DNA of 50,063 bases from Basidioascus undulatus (taxonomy: Eukaryota), in contig JTLS01000017.1 in the NCBI GenBank assembly GCA_000826855.1, forward strand, positions 1 to 50,063. The letters run 5' to 3'. Below are positions 36,952-49,362 of this stretch, piece after piece. The translations under genes and the position numbers were made by a program. Under the pieces are notes generated by a model that searched no databases, was not told the origin of the DNA, and worked only from the letters and a program-made list of their open reading frames with translations. Positions within the stretch are counted from its first letter, which is position 1, and every line of letters begins with the position of its first letter.

Positions 36952-39900
36952 TCAAGAGAACGCCGCCCAGTCCACCGTTCGCTCCCAACCCGCGTAACCA
37001 TTCGCTAAAGAGAACATGCGCGCTGCGCCGAAAGCGTTCGTATCCAGATCCATAATCGGTACGAGAGAAGGTCTGGAAAGCGAGGTCAGATACACAATCA
37101 GCCTTCTGGGGCCAGCATCGTGTGCTTGATACAACAGACGCACCGCCCGTGTGCGCACTGGAACGGAAAGACTGTGTCCGCCAGCTGCGCGAGAAGACGC
37201 TCGCACTGCTCCGTCGAAAGCGAGTCGCCAAACATGATAGCTCCTGCATCAGTCCACCCTCGCGTGTCAGTCTAGCGTTGGTTAAAAGAGTAGCGTTTAG
37301 AAGAACACCTCTGCAGGCCTTCGAGTTGACGAGGTCGAGCAGCACCTTCGGACACGCACGCAGCGCCCTCAGCCAGTCATGCTCCGCGTCGTCCTCGACA
37401 ACCACGCCGTCGCGCCGCACGACTCCCCCCGCGCCCGCCATCGCTGCGAGATGCTCCTGCAGGAGGTCCTGGAGCATCCGCTGCTCGCCCAGTCGATCCT
37501 TAACGACGGCCGGGACGCTCTGGACCCAGACCTGGGCGTAGTTGCCCTCCTTCTCCTGCAGCCCCTCCTCCACCTCCACCCTTACACCCCAGCGCGCGAA
37601 CTCCGCCCGCTCCGCCTCGCCGCGGAGGCGCTCTGCCTCAGGGCGCGCGAGGAGCACCCCCAGCGGGGGATCGAGCTCGTGCGTCTCAAGGTGCGAGTGG
37701 CGGAGGTAGCCGAGGCACAGCTCGCGGAGGAAGCGCTCGACACGGATCCGCTCGTCCGCCGCGTGCTGGTCGAGCAGGATGAGCGAGCGCTCGAGCACGC
37801 ACGCGACGAACTTGCGATCGATCTGGGCGATGACGCGCATTGTGCGAAGCGACGAGGAGGAGAATCGCTGCGATGACGACCTAGGCTCCGAGGGGAGGAA
37901 GAAGCGAGAGAAGGCGGATGGGCGCGGCACCGTGCGCGACGATGGCATGGGCGAAAGTGTGGGAACGTCGGTTCCAGTGGGGACGAAGACAGGGTTCTCC
38001 CAGCCCTACGTAGGGGCGGGGAAGTCAGTTCGTCGGCGCTGCGACCGTTCAAGCAACGAACAGACCTGCAGCACTGCGCCGAGCCACTCCGGCATAGGTT
38101 CGTCCCGCGCTGACGGCGTCAACGCGCCGCCTAAGCTTCTGCGGGTCGCAACGGTCTGTGGTCGCGTCGCATCGGGTTCACCGAGAAGAGACGGCCCGTC
38201 TGCCGGGAATGAATGACCGGTGCGGCGGTCAATGAGGAAGGTCCGCTGAGTGGTAGGGTCGGTCCAGCGGATGGGAGAGGCGCTCTCTGCTTCGTCATAG
38301 GATGCAGTCGGCTTTGAAAGAGAAGAACAGTCAGCCTTGGCCCAGCGAGCTTATTGGAAGTGACCCACATGAACGATAGGCGTGTTGGGCACCTCCGTCC
38401 TCGCTCTCTTACACCTCGGAAAGCTCGGACTCTCGTCCTCCTCTCCCTCACCGTGCCTGCAACCCCCGCAACATCCTCCGCGCTCCGCATGCGCTCGCTT
38501 CGCCAGAAGCGGCATCTCTGCCACAGCCGGTGCTGCACGCCGGCGGGTCTTGGCCGAGTCCGTCTGGGCTGCTTCGGCGGCAACGGCCGAAAGGAAGTGG
38601 TGTTTGACGAGGAAGTCCGAGACGATGCGGGTGAGGAGAGCCGTCAAAGCAGAGGCGTCCTGTAAAGATCGACCATGCGTCAGCGGAGGGTGCGGCTCGG
38701 ATAACGGGAGCGTGAACCTACCTCGAAGAACATGGCCGACTTGGTAGGCTCGAGCAAGTTGTCGAGCTGCGATGGCGGTAGGGTGACGGAGAGGACGTAG
38801 ATGGGCCGGCGCTCGGCTGCCTTGCGAGGCGTCCGTTTCGAGGCGGCTGCGGGAAGGTCTGTATGAAGAGAGGTCTAAAAAACGACAGAACAGCAAGGAC
38901 GTACATTTCGTTCTTTCCGGTGTATTCTCGCGGATAGCGTCATCCGCCTGGATAGCAACTCTTTGTCAGCTTTTTCAAGCTCGCGTCGGTTAAGGAGAGG
39001 CAACACACATGCTTGGAGAACGTCGACCTAGCAAAGACGCCTGAGATAGCGCGGTGCAGATCGGACGAAGCGAGGAGATGGTTGTTGACGACTGGCCATC
39101 AAAGTCGAGTGAGTCCTAACTCGCGAGTAGGGCCGTGAGGAATACCAACATATGAACTGGTAAGACTGTCGTTGTCTGCGTGTGAGCGCCCGGGAACCGA
39201 AATGAAGAGCTGGCTTGGCGCACCTTGCTATATACGCCTTGGAAAGAGATGAACCCCTGCACGCGCACGGCGCCTCGTTCCACCGAGATCTCTTCGACCC
39301 GCTCCGCCGCCGCCTTGCCGTATAACGCCCGGAAAGCTCCAAGCGTAGACTTCGTCTGAATCGCGAAGAACCATGAACCTTTCGAGCCTCTGCTCTTGAT
39401 TGTTGAAAAACACATACCCGCGGAATCGTCCGCACTGGTGCTTCGCGCCCGCGCTCGGAGATGGTGAAGGTGACTTGCGGAAAGAGGAGCGCGCACGCCT
39501 CGACACCACGCTTGATCTTGTCCAGCTCAGACGCCTGCGGAGGAGCCGATTTTCTGCGTACTGGGAACTGAAACAGGCTGGGAAACGTTGAGTTCTGAAG
39601 CATCAGACATAGCAGAACGTGTACGGGACTCCCCTTGTAAAAGAGATCTCGGACAATGACCGTCGTACCGGCGACCGCACGGTGGCCAGACTTGGTCGGA
39701 CCAAAATACAGAGTCTCTCCGCCCTGTTTTCCTGTATTTTAGTCCACTCCTCTCAAGGTACGAGAACAAATCCTCGGGCGGACCTTCAAGATGAGCGTGT
39801 GCGAGTCCGGCGACGACTCGTGCCGGCTCGTGATCTCGATCATGGCAAGGTCGGCCGTGCTCGCGAGCGCCTCGCCGCGGAAGCCGAACGTCGACAGCGC

Positions 39901-40230
39901 AGCAAGGGAGCGCACGTCGTGAGATTTGGAGGTCACTGTCGTACGTTGCCAGGGTGAGCGAAGCTTGGCTGCGACAGCACCACCAGACGCCGCACCATAG
40001 CGCCTCCCGAGCTCCTTCAAGTCACGGCGAGTGATACCAGTGCCGTTGTCGTGCACTCGGGCCCCCCAATTCTCGATATCGGTGAGCACATCGACGGCTG
40101 CCGCCTGGGCGTCGAGAGCGTTTTGCACGAGCTCGAGAACGAGCTGTGCCAGCGAGGTGACGACGAGCGAGGATCGAAGATGCGATGTGATGGCGAGCGG
40201 CAATGGTGAGATGTGCGAAGGGGTAGTCAT
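36952..40230 (-). CDS. MLH3: MutL-gamma subunit Mlh3 (mismatch repair / meiotic crossover endonuclease)
   Basis: GHKL motifs ELVQNALDA, DNGTGI, TSK and TFGFRGEAL. Endonuclease motif DQHAADERIRVE. Also SKACRGAIMFGD and FPFQCAHGRPSLVP. One donor reads GG (see findings). Confidence 0.93.
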
Positions 40231-40835
40231 GTCATCAAGGAATCTCGAAAATATTATGTCAGTCGCGGCTAGAAAGTGAAGTGGTGAAAAAAGTGGGTGG
40301 GAGAAGGAGGAAGAGTGGCAATGGCCCCCATACAGTAGTGCTATTAGGCAGACGTCAGGGCGGACTTGGTTGCCCTCGCGAACGTCAAGTAAAATGGTGT
40401 TGAAGTGCGAGAATAGCGCGTGTTGTCCGCCTCACATGCACTTTAGTTAAAAAGGTTATTTAATAATTTAGGCCTTTCCGGTGTTTCCCAGTACGGCGCC
40501 GCGAACGCAGGATGGGGCCTCGTGGCTCGGCAGGCTGAAAGTCTGAAACGACTCCGCAGCGTGCCGTCGTTTGACCCGTTTCTTTTCCAGATCGCTCAAT
40601 TTTCCGATGTCAATTCAGGCGGAAAAGGTATGTTGGCCCGGTAGCAGCGGCGTCCAGAGCCTTACTCCTTGCCTGTTACCTCTCTTCCACTCGCCATCTC
40701 GACAGGACGTTGCATTCACGCAGACTGGCTTCTCTTCAGCCTATGTTCAAAGAGTACGACCTCTTGAAAGGTAAGGTGATGGCCGAATCTAAACTCTACC
40801 AACAATGCTGACTGTTTCCGCTCGGGTAGGAAACG

Positions 40836-43805
40836 ATGGCCACCGCCTCTCCCTCGGCCGCTGAGAAGGTCCGGCACTTGCTCGCGCTCTAGTGGAGATT
40901 TGATGCTAAGAGTCGACCCGCGTATGTCGGGCTGTCCGCAGTTGAGATACGAGGGCATCAAGGACACCGAGACTCTTCAGCGGATCAGACTCGCCGCCGA
41001 GCTGTCCAAGTTCGCCTGTGCGTCCCAACGCGAGAAATGACAAGCCCGGGATGGATGCTGACGAGTTATGCTCACGTTGTACCAGACGTAGTCGGTAACC
41101 CAGCTGCTGCACCACATGTTTTCCCCGACTACAGCACCTCGACCCGCATCTGCGATCTTTCCCAGCGCCCAGCGCGGGCGCGCAAACCTCTCCCGCCCGA
41201 GCTGCTCGCGAAGTCGCCTGGCCCCAGCATTTCTCGGGCCGAGCATGAGCCATCACACTGGCTCGAAGCCAGAACTCGCGGCTCCGATCCTGCGCGACAG
41301 CCCCTACCGGCTCCCCAGCGCACACCGACCCTCGATCGCACTTCCAGTGCTGTTCCTCCTCCACCGCCTGCGAAGCCGCTGCTCATGCGCCCCGACGAGC
41401 CAGTCCGGGAGCCTCAGAACCCGGTCGGCCAGTTTTCGGGATGGAGGAAAGCCTTGGAGAGGGTGAAGACGCTCTTCCGCTCGAGCAAGGCCTTTCAAAG
41501 CGGGGTACAGATGGGCGAGGTGGAGCTAAGTCTGGGGAGGAAGAGAAGGTCCAGATGGTGCAGTGGGAGATGGAGAAGGATAAGGCTTTCAAAGCTACGC
41601 TCGAGGAGATTCTGTCGAACGATGGTGACAAGCACGGTCGCGGCGAGGTTCGCGTGGGAGAGTTCAAGCGCATCTGGTCGCACAGCTGGGTGCGCTCAAA
41701 GTGATTGTCGTGGAGGTTTCAAGCGAACACTGACGTTGAACTGAATTAGATCTATGAGACGCCCCAGGTACGCTTTCAAACAGTCACCCCGCGGCTGCGC
41801 TTGAAGCTCACGCGGAAGGAAACAGGACCAACCTCGCTGGCTGCGTTCCGAGATGTTCGTCGCGCGCTCTTACGACTCGCATACCAACTTACAGCGCGTG
41901 ATCGTAGCCTGCCGAGGTAATTATCCCCGATTCATTGCTTTCCCTCTTGCCTCTAACGTTGACGCATGTGTTCAGGGACCTGGATGGACAGCGAGACTGT
42001 AAGGGCTTTCCCAGAGCGCGGTCGCGTGCACGGCCAGACCCGGGATAGTGAGTTCCTCATGGAGGAGGATTTTTGCACACTACCGATCAGATCACCTCAC
42101 GGACAGATTGGTTCGCCAAGTTCTGTGGCTCGATTCTCAACGTGATCCCCGTAGGCGCCCTCCGAAAGCGTCCATCGAAAGGCTGAGCTACCTTTCTAAC
42201 CTTCCCGAAACTCTTCAGGAAAGGTGGCTAGGAGTGAGCAGTCTGATATTTGGAACGCTGTCGGGAAAGTCCCGTGAGGCTGACGGTGTTGAGGTGCGCA
42301 GGCGGGAACTGGCTGGGCGGACCTCATCCACGATGTACTTCCGCCAAACCCGCTGTTGTTTGCTTGTCGAGTCTGACAGTATTACACAGCTGCTCTTCGT
42401 CCGCGTGTTTTACCAACGTGGCGTCGCCCACCGTACCCGCGCCGAGCTCGCGATGCTCGCCCTTCGTCTGCCGCTCAACAGCTACGCTTACAGAGAAAGC
42501 ATCTATCGCTTCGCTGGTGAGTCAAGTACCTTCGTTTACAGCCATTGGAAGCTTATCAGACTGAGAATCCGACAGGGTTTCTCACTACGAAGATGGGAAA
42601 GGTAAACGCGTCTGGTCTCCAACCCGGCGTAGCTCCTCAACCCGTTCCCCTTCAGGTTCACGTCGGTTTTTGGGCTTTGTGGGCGGGGCAGCGTGGTTTT
42701 GCGTAGGTCATGGCCTCCGCCTTGTAGTGGAATCTTTCTAACAGCCTCCCGTTTCCACAGCGGATACCAGGAGGATCCGTGAGTAGCCTCGACCGTCGCG
42801 GCCGGAGCGTTTATCTTCTTCTGACACCAGGGAGTACAGTCAGGACGCTTCTCTCCGGGAGGGGTACGCGTTGGAGTTTGTCCGTGACGCTCTCGAGGAC
42901 GGCCGTGCCCGCGGGAGAAGGTCAGAAGTGCTTGTCTGCGGACATTCGCTGGGCGGGGCGATATCCTCGTGCGTCTCCGGATCAGGTTTGGGAGTCTTGA
43001 AAGGATCATTCAGACCGACTAACGGTTTCTGGAGTGTGATTTTAGTTTTGCAGCCCTCGACATCGCTCGTCGAATGGACATGTCCCGCAAAGCACTCCAT
43101 CTCCGCCTCCCCAAGACGCCGCTCTTTCACATCTCGTTCGGCTGTCCACCTGTCGGCGACGCCGCGTTTTCGAGGACGTTTGAAGCCTCGTTTCCTCCTA
43201 TTCTTCCTCATCGCGGTTCATCGACGCCATCCCCTATTACGCGTCGCTCGCTGGCTGTCGCCCATACAGCAGACATTATCCCGCGCATCTATGAGTACCT
43301 CTGGAGGTGAGCTACTTGACCGTCTAATTGTAGGACACGGAATATTATTAAACTGTGCTGTAGGTTCAAGAAGAAGCTCTTCCCGTACGCTGCGACTAAG
43401 ACAAAAGACCTCAAAGGGACTGTGCTTGCGTAAGCGGTTTCGATGAGGGTGAAGAACGTTCGACTGACGGTTTCTTGCTGGCAGTTCCAGCTCCTCTGGC
43501 GCATTCTCTGGATGGACAGGTGTCGGAGAAGCGGTGGAGCTCGGGGACCGGTGAGTGTTTCCAGCTGAACAGCATGTCGTAGAGCGCGACGCTGAGCTGC
43601 GGGCTCTGGTTCCGCAATGCAGGAAAGACGGCGATAACTGGGATGAGGTGGGCTTGGAGTTTCAGTGAGTATTACATGCCTATAATTTAGGAAAGGGACA
43701 GATGAACAATCCCTTGTCGCCAGTGCGCTCGCAAGCTACGCTGCACTCGTCGGGGCCGGAAGGATGGGGCAGGACAGGCCGTACAATGAAAATTCTGTCG
43801 AGTAG
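40836..43805 (+). CDS. Class 3 (fungal-type) lipase, very intron-rich
   Basis: Motifs ELSKFAY, VIVACRGT, KVHVGFW, GHSLGGA (nucleophile Ser), SFGCPPVGDAAF, ADIIPRI (Asp) and EFHALASY (His). The start codon and one internal intron near 41463-41554 are uncertain. Confidence 0.8.
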
Positions 43806-44166
43806 GAGGTTTTGAACATGGCTATAGTTGATGTAAAACTTTTACGCTAATATTTGTTGGCCAACTCAAACACTTCGCGGCCGCTGGAAAACCGCTTCGA
43901 AAAATGGCAACGCTGCTCACAATGCTGAGTCTCAGATTATTCAGCAAGTCTCCCTTAGCCAAAAGAATCTTGTCCTCCTGCCTTCGCGCCCCTGCCTTCC
44001 TCCTCCACCAGCGTCTTCGGCGGCGCCGCTCGCACTCTTCTTCGCACCTTTCATATTCTTGCCGGGCGCCCGGGGACGTCTTCTCTCTCTCCTCGCAGCC
44101 CACCTTCAGCTCTCCCCGCCTCGCCTCCCTCTTCCCCGGCTCGCGCCACTCTTCTCGCTGTCCAGC

Positions 44167-47100
44167 ATGGCGCCCGTTGCGATCGACCCTGTGTCGATGG
44201 ACGTCGACTCGTCCCCTGCCGCTCCCATTTCCTCCAAAAAGGCGTCCAAGAAGGCCAGCGCCGGCACCCCCTCCGCCTCCTCCAAAAAGTCCCGCCCCTC
44301 CACGGTCGCTGCCGCCGCCGAGGTGGACCCCGAGACAGCCAAGGCCGAGCGGGCGGGACACACCTTCAACACCCTCCGACGCGAGCGGACCTTCCGCCAG
44401 CCGACCGAGCTCGGGTCGGACTTCCCCGCGCTGCACGAGCTCGTCGCGCCCCACATCGAGAGCTTCAACATGCTGTTCGAGGACAGCGACGGCGGCAAGG
44501 GGCTGCTCGAGCGCGCTGTGGAGGACATTCCCTCCAAGGTCATTTTCGATGGGAAGGGCGAGGTGGGCGTGGAAGGGCGGAATTGGGGGAACCGGTTGGA
44601 GAGTGAGTCTCGTTCATTTCAGTGCCATCTCCATGTCCGGTTGCGAGCGTGCGAAGACGGCTTGTGTTCCGCACGGTCACGGCTGCAGCTGCTTTCGCGA
44701 GAGCGATGAATAGTCGGCTGATGCATTTTCCGCAGTTCGGATCGCTGGCGTCACGATAGCGAAGCCGATGGTGCCAGAGAAGGACAAAACTTCTACGGAC
44801 CGTCGTGTCTACCCCTTCGAGGTTCGCAGTTCACTGCATTTCAAACTGGATCGAAATGCTCACCCTTACCTCAACGACTTCAGGCTCGAGAACGTCTGAC
44901 TACCTACCGCTCGAAGATGACGGCGAAGCTGCGGTGGTCGGTCAACGGCGGTCCTGAGCACGAGGAGGTGCGCGAGTGTGGGCTGGTGCCGATCATGGTC
45001 CGGGTGCGTTAGCTTTTCCCATAATGCTGGATTTTGCGCCGCGCATGGCTGAACATGAGGATTCCAGTCGAACCGCTGCAACCTCCAGCGTGCCACGGCG
45101 GCGCAGCTCGTCGCGAAGCACGAGGAGGCGGAGGAGATGGGCGGCTACTTCATCGTCAACGGCAACGAGAAGCTCGTCCGCTTCCTCATCATTCCTCGCC
45201 GTCACCACGTCATCTCCATCATCCGTCCCTCCTTCGCCAACCGCGGCCCGACGTACACGCAGTACGGCACGCAGATCCGCTGCGTCCGTCCCGACGAGAC
45301 CGCCGTCACCAACACCGTCCACTACCTCTCGAACGGCGCCGCGACGCTCCGCTTCGCCTGGCGCAAGCAGGAGTACATGCTCCCGATCGTCATGGTCCTC
45401 AAGGCGCTCATCTCCGCCTCAGACCGCGACATCTTCGAGTCGATCGTCCAAGGCGACTACGAGAACACGTTCCTCACGGACCGTGTCGAGCTTCTGCTCC
45501 GCGGCTTCAAGCCCTACGGCCTGTACACGGGCGAACAGTGCCTCGACCACCTCGGCGAGAAGTTCCGCGTCGTCCTCGGCTGCCCCGATGACTGGCCGAA
45601 CATGATGGTCGGCGCATTCCTCATCCGCCGCGTCGTCCTTGTCCACCTCGAGGAGCCGCGCGACAAGTACCAGATGCTCATGTACGCGTTGTATCTGCGC
45701 TTGGAGGTGTGAGCTCTTACTGACAGTCGCCTTCGGTTTCACAGCTTCATGCTCCAGAAGCTCTACTCGCTCGTCTCGGGCAAGTCGTGCGCGGACAACC
45801 CCGATTCGCCGCAGCACCAGGAGGTCCTCCTCCCCGGTTTCCTCTACGGCCAGATCATCAAGGAGAAGCTCGACGAGGCGCTCATGGGGGTCACCGCTCA
45901 GCTCCGTCAGGACGTTCGCCGCGAGTCTGCTGGCGTCGACTTCCGGGATAGTGAGTCGCCGTGCGCCTGCTGTTCCGAGTTTCTAGCGCACTGATCCATT
46001 ACTGCCGCCTTTAGACCGCTACGTCAACAGGGTCGTCCAGAAGACCAACTTCGACATCGGCGCGAAGCTCAATTACTTCCTCGCGACCGGCAACCTCGTC
46101 TCGCCGACCGGTCTCGATCTTCAGCAGGCGTCCGGCTTCACCATCGTCGCCGAGAAGCTCAACTTCTACCGCTACATCTCCCACTTCCGCTGCATCCATC
46201 GTGGTGCCTTCTTCGCCGAGCTGAAGACCACCACCGTCCGCAAGCTGCTGCCCGAAGCGTGGGGTGCGTCTCGTCGATTCCCACTCTGAGGAGCGTTGGG
46301 CTGACATTGCCTGCTGCAGGCTTCCTCTGTCCCGTCCACACGCCCGATGGCTCGCCCTGCGGTCTCCTCAACCACCTCTCGCGCTCGTGCCGAATCATTA
46401 CGAGCAACCTCTCCGCGTCCGCGTCGAAGATCCCCGCGCTCCTCTCCGAGCTCGGCATGACTCAGGCGTTCGCCCCTCGCGTCGACGGGCTCAACAACGT
46501 CGTCGTTCAGCTGGACGGTCGCGTCATCGGATGGGCGAGCTCGCGCCTCGCCCGGCACATGGCGACCGTGCTGCGGATATGGAAGACCGAGTGCCGCCGC
46601 GACGTCCCGCACGACCTCGAGATCGGCCACGTCCCGCTCAGCAAGGGCGGTCAGTTCCCCGGTCTCTACCTCTTCACCTCGCGCGCGCGCATGATGCGCC
46701 CCGTCAAGTACCTCCTGAACGGCCGCGCCGACTCCGTCGGCTCGTTCGAGCAGGTGTACATGGACGTCGCGTGCGTGCCGGACGAGATCGAGAAGGGCCT
46801 GACGACGCACGTCGAGGAGACGCCGACGAACGTCCTGTCCGTCATCGCGAACCTCACGCCGTTCTCCGACTTCAACCAGTCCCCGCGTAACATGTACCAG
46901 GTGTGTCTCATTGCTATCGCAGCTGTGGCTTTCGGCTGACGTTGGTCTACTTCCGCAGTGCCAAATGGGCAAGCAGACGATGGGCACGCCCTCGACCGCG
47001 ATCACGCGCCGGACGGACAACAAGCTCTACCGCATCCAGACCGGCCAGACGCCGATCGTCCGGCCAGCCCTGCACAACAAATACGGCATGGACTCGTTCC

Positions 47101-48789
47101 CGCAGGGCGCGAACGCGGTCGTCGCCGTCATCTCGTACACCGGGTACGACATGGAAGACGCGATGATCATCAACAAGTCGGCGCACGAGCGCGGCTTCGG
47201 CTACGGCACGGTGTACAAGAGCCAGATCGTCGACCTCAAGGAGATGCGCGGCTCTGCCCGCGCGAGCTCCGCGCCGACGCTGCACTTCGGCCTCGGTCCG
47301 GACGCGAAGGAGGACTGGAGGGCGCGCCTCGACCCGGACGGTCTCGTGCCGATCGGGATGAAGGTCAAGAGCGGCGACCCCCTCGCGGCGTACATCGACG
47401 AGACGAGCGGCCGCACGCTCATCGCCAAGTACAAGGGCGACGAGGAGGCGATTGTTGACCAGGTTCGGTTGCTTGGTACGTAAAACGCGTCGCCGCCTCC
47501 CGTCTCTTTCGCTTGCTGACGAGTCGGCTGTTGTTCTGCAGGCAGCGACGCCGGCGACTCCGAGGCGCAGAAGCTGCACATCATGCTCCGCATTCCTCGT
47601 TCTCCCGTCATTGGCGATAAGTTCTCGTCACGTCACGGCCAGAAGGGTGTCCTCTCGCAGAAGTGGCCGACGATCGACATGCCCTTCAGCGAGACGGGCA
47701 TGCAGCCTGATGTCATCATCAACCCGCACGCGTTCCCTTCGCGTATGACTGTGCGTCGATCTGTCCTCGCCATTTCGTTGTTCGAGCAACGCGCTGACTG
47801 CTGTTCTTTGCTGCGCACAGATCGGCATGTTCGTCGAGAGCTTGGCGGGCAAGGCCGGCGCGCTGCACGGTATGGCGCAGGACGGCACGCCTTTCCAGTG
47901 CGTTCTTCTTTTCGCAATCTCTTTACCATCTCAGTGCTGACGGGTACGTTCGCTGCAGGTTCTCGGAGAGCGACACGCCCGTCGATTACTTCGGCGAGCA
48001 GCTCAAGGCCGCGGGCTACAACTACTACGGCAACGAGCCGATGTACTCAGGCGTCACGGGCCAGGAGTTCGCGGCCGACATCTACCTCGGCGTCGTCTAC
48101 TACCAGCGTCTCCGTCACATGGTCAACGACAAGTACCAAGTGCGGACGATGGGCCCCGTCGACCAGCTCACGCGGCAACCCGTTAAGGTACGATGCATCC
48201 CACCTTCCACGTTTCGTTTCGTACTGCGTTGTTTCTTGAGGCTGACGTTTTGTCCGCAACGCAGGGCCGCAAACGCCACGGTGGCATCCGCTTCGGCGAG
48301 ATGGAGCGCGACGCGCTCCTCGCACACGGGACGGCGTTCCTGCTGCAAGACCGGCTGATGAACTGCTCGGACTACTCGACGGCGTGGGTGTGCCGCGACT
48401 GCGGCAGCCTCATCACGCTCGGCTTCAACGACGAGAACGACACGGCGCACGCGCACCTCCCCGCGGGGCCGAACGGCGAGTACTGCCGCGTCTGCCGCGC
48501 CGACGCGGAGGTCGACGCCCAGCGCGAGCGCGCAGCCATCGACGGCGAGGTGGGGCCTGCCCGCCCGACGCCGGATATCCGCATGCCGGTGCCCGCCAAG
48601 CAGTGGGGCAAGACGCTCAAGGGCGGTAACCTCGTGCGTTCACGCTGCCCGCGTTCCTCCTCGTCTACTCAGCACTTACGACTTTCCTTTGCCCTCTTCC
48701 AGGACGTCGTGGCCGTCCCATTCGTGCTCAAGTACCTCGTCAGCGAGCTGGCGTGCATGGGCATCCGGATCAGCTTGGAGGTTCAGTAG
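44167..48789 (+). CDS. RPA135: DNA-directed RNA polymerase I second-largest subunit (A135/RPA2)
   Basis: Motifs [86 protein letters not shown] and [11 protein letters not shown], plus a C-terminal Zn site. Confidence 0.97.
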
Positions 48790-49362
48790 GACGTTGCACG
48801 CGCGAACTTCCACTTCACTTCTCTCTCTTCCATTTACCCTTCGCTTCACCAACGGATTCGCTTGATATCGTGTATTTTCTCCCAGTTGCATCGCATATTC
48901 CCTCCCTTTTGGCATCGATACTTGATTAGAGATACGGCTTGGTTTTTCTGCCGGCTGCGTGGTCTGCTTGGCGGGCTGAGGTGCATGAACGGCTCTTGGT
49001 CTCTTGGGCCTGACCGACTTCAAAGCTCCCGTCATCTAAGGGGGGCAGAATGAAAGCGGTGCATTAGCACCCATCGACACGAGAAGGTGATGAAGTGTTC
49101 GATGGCTTAACGGCTGCTGTGCGAGCACCCGCACGGGGAGACGAGCACTCTCGTGGCGCGCAAAAGGCAGAGCATTCCAAGGCGTGCAACTAATGAGTCG
49201 CAAACGGGTATCCGTATTCGTCAATAAGCAAGCAGGCAACGCATCCCAACTCCGCAGTCGGCGTTCCCGAATACACAAACGAAACAAAGAAAAAGAACCG
49301 TCTCCCCCCGCCCCACGCGCCGCATTCACCCTCTATGTCCATCGGCCTTCCCCGCCGCCCAC

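Noticed and set aside
41463..41554. Apparent frameshift in the lipase gene
   Set aside because: A 50-nt (41505-41554) or 92-nt (41463-41554) GT..GCTAAG..CAG intron restores the frame, so no lesion is needed.
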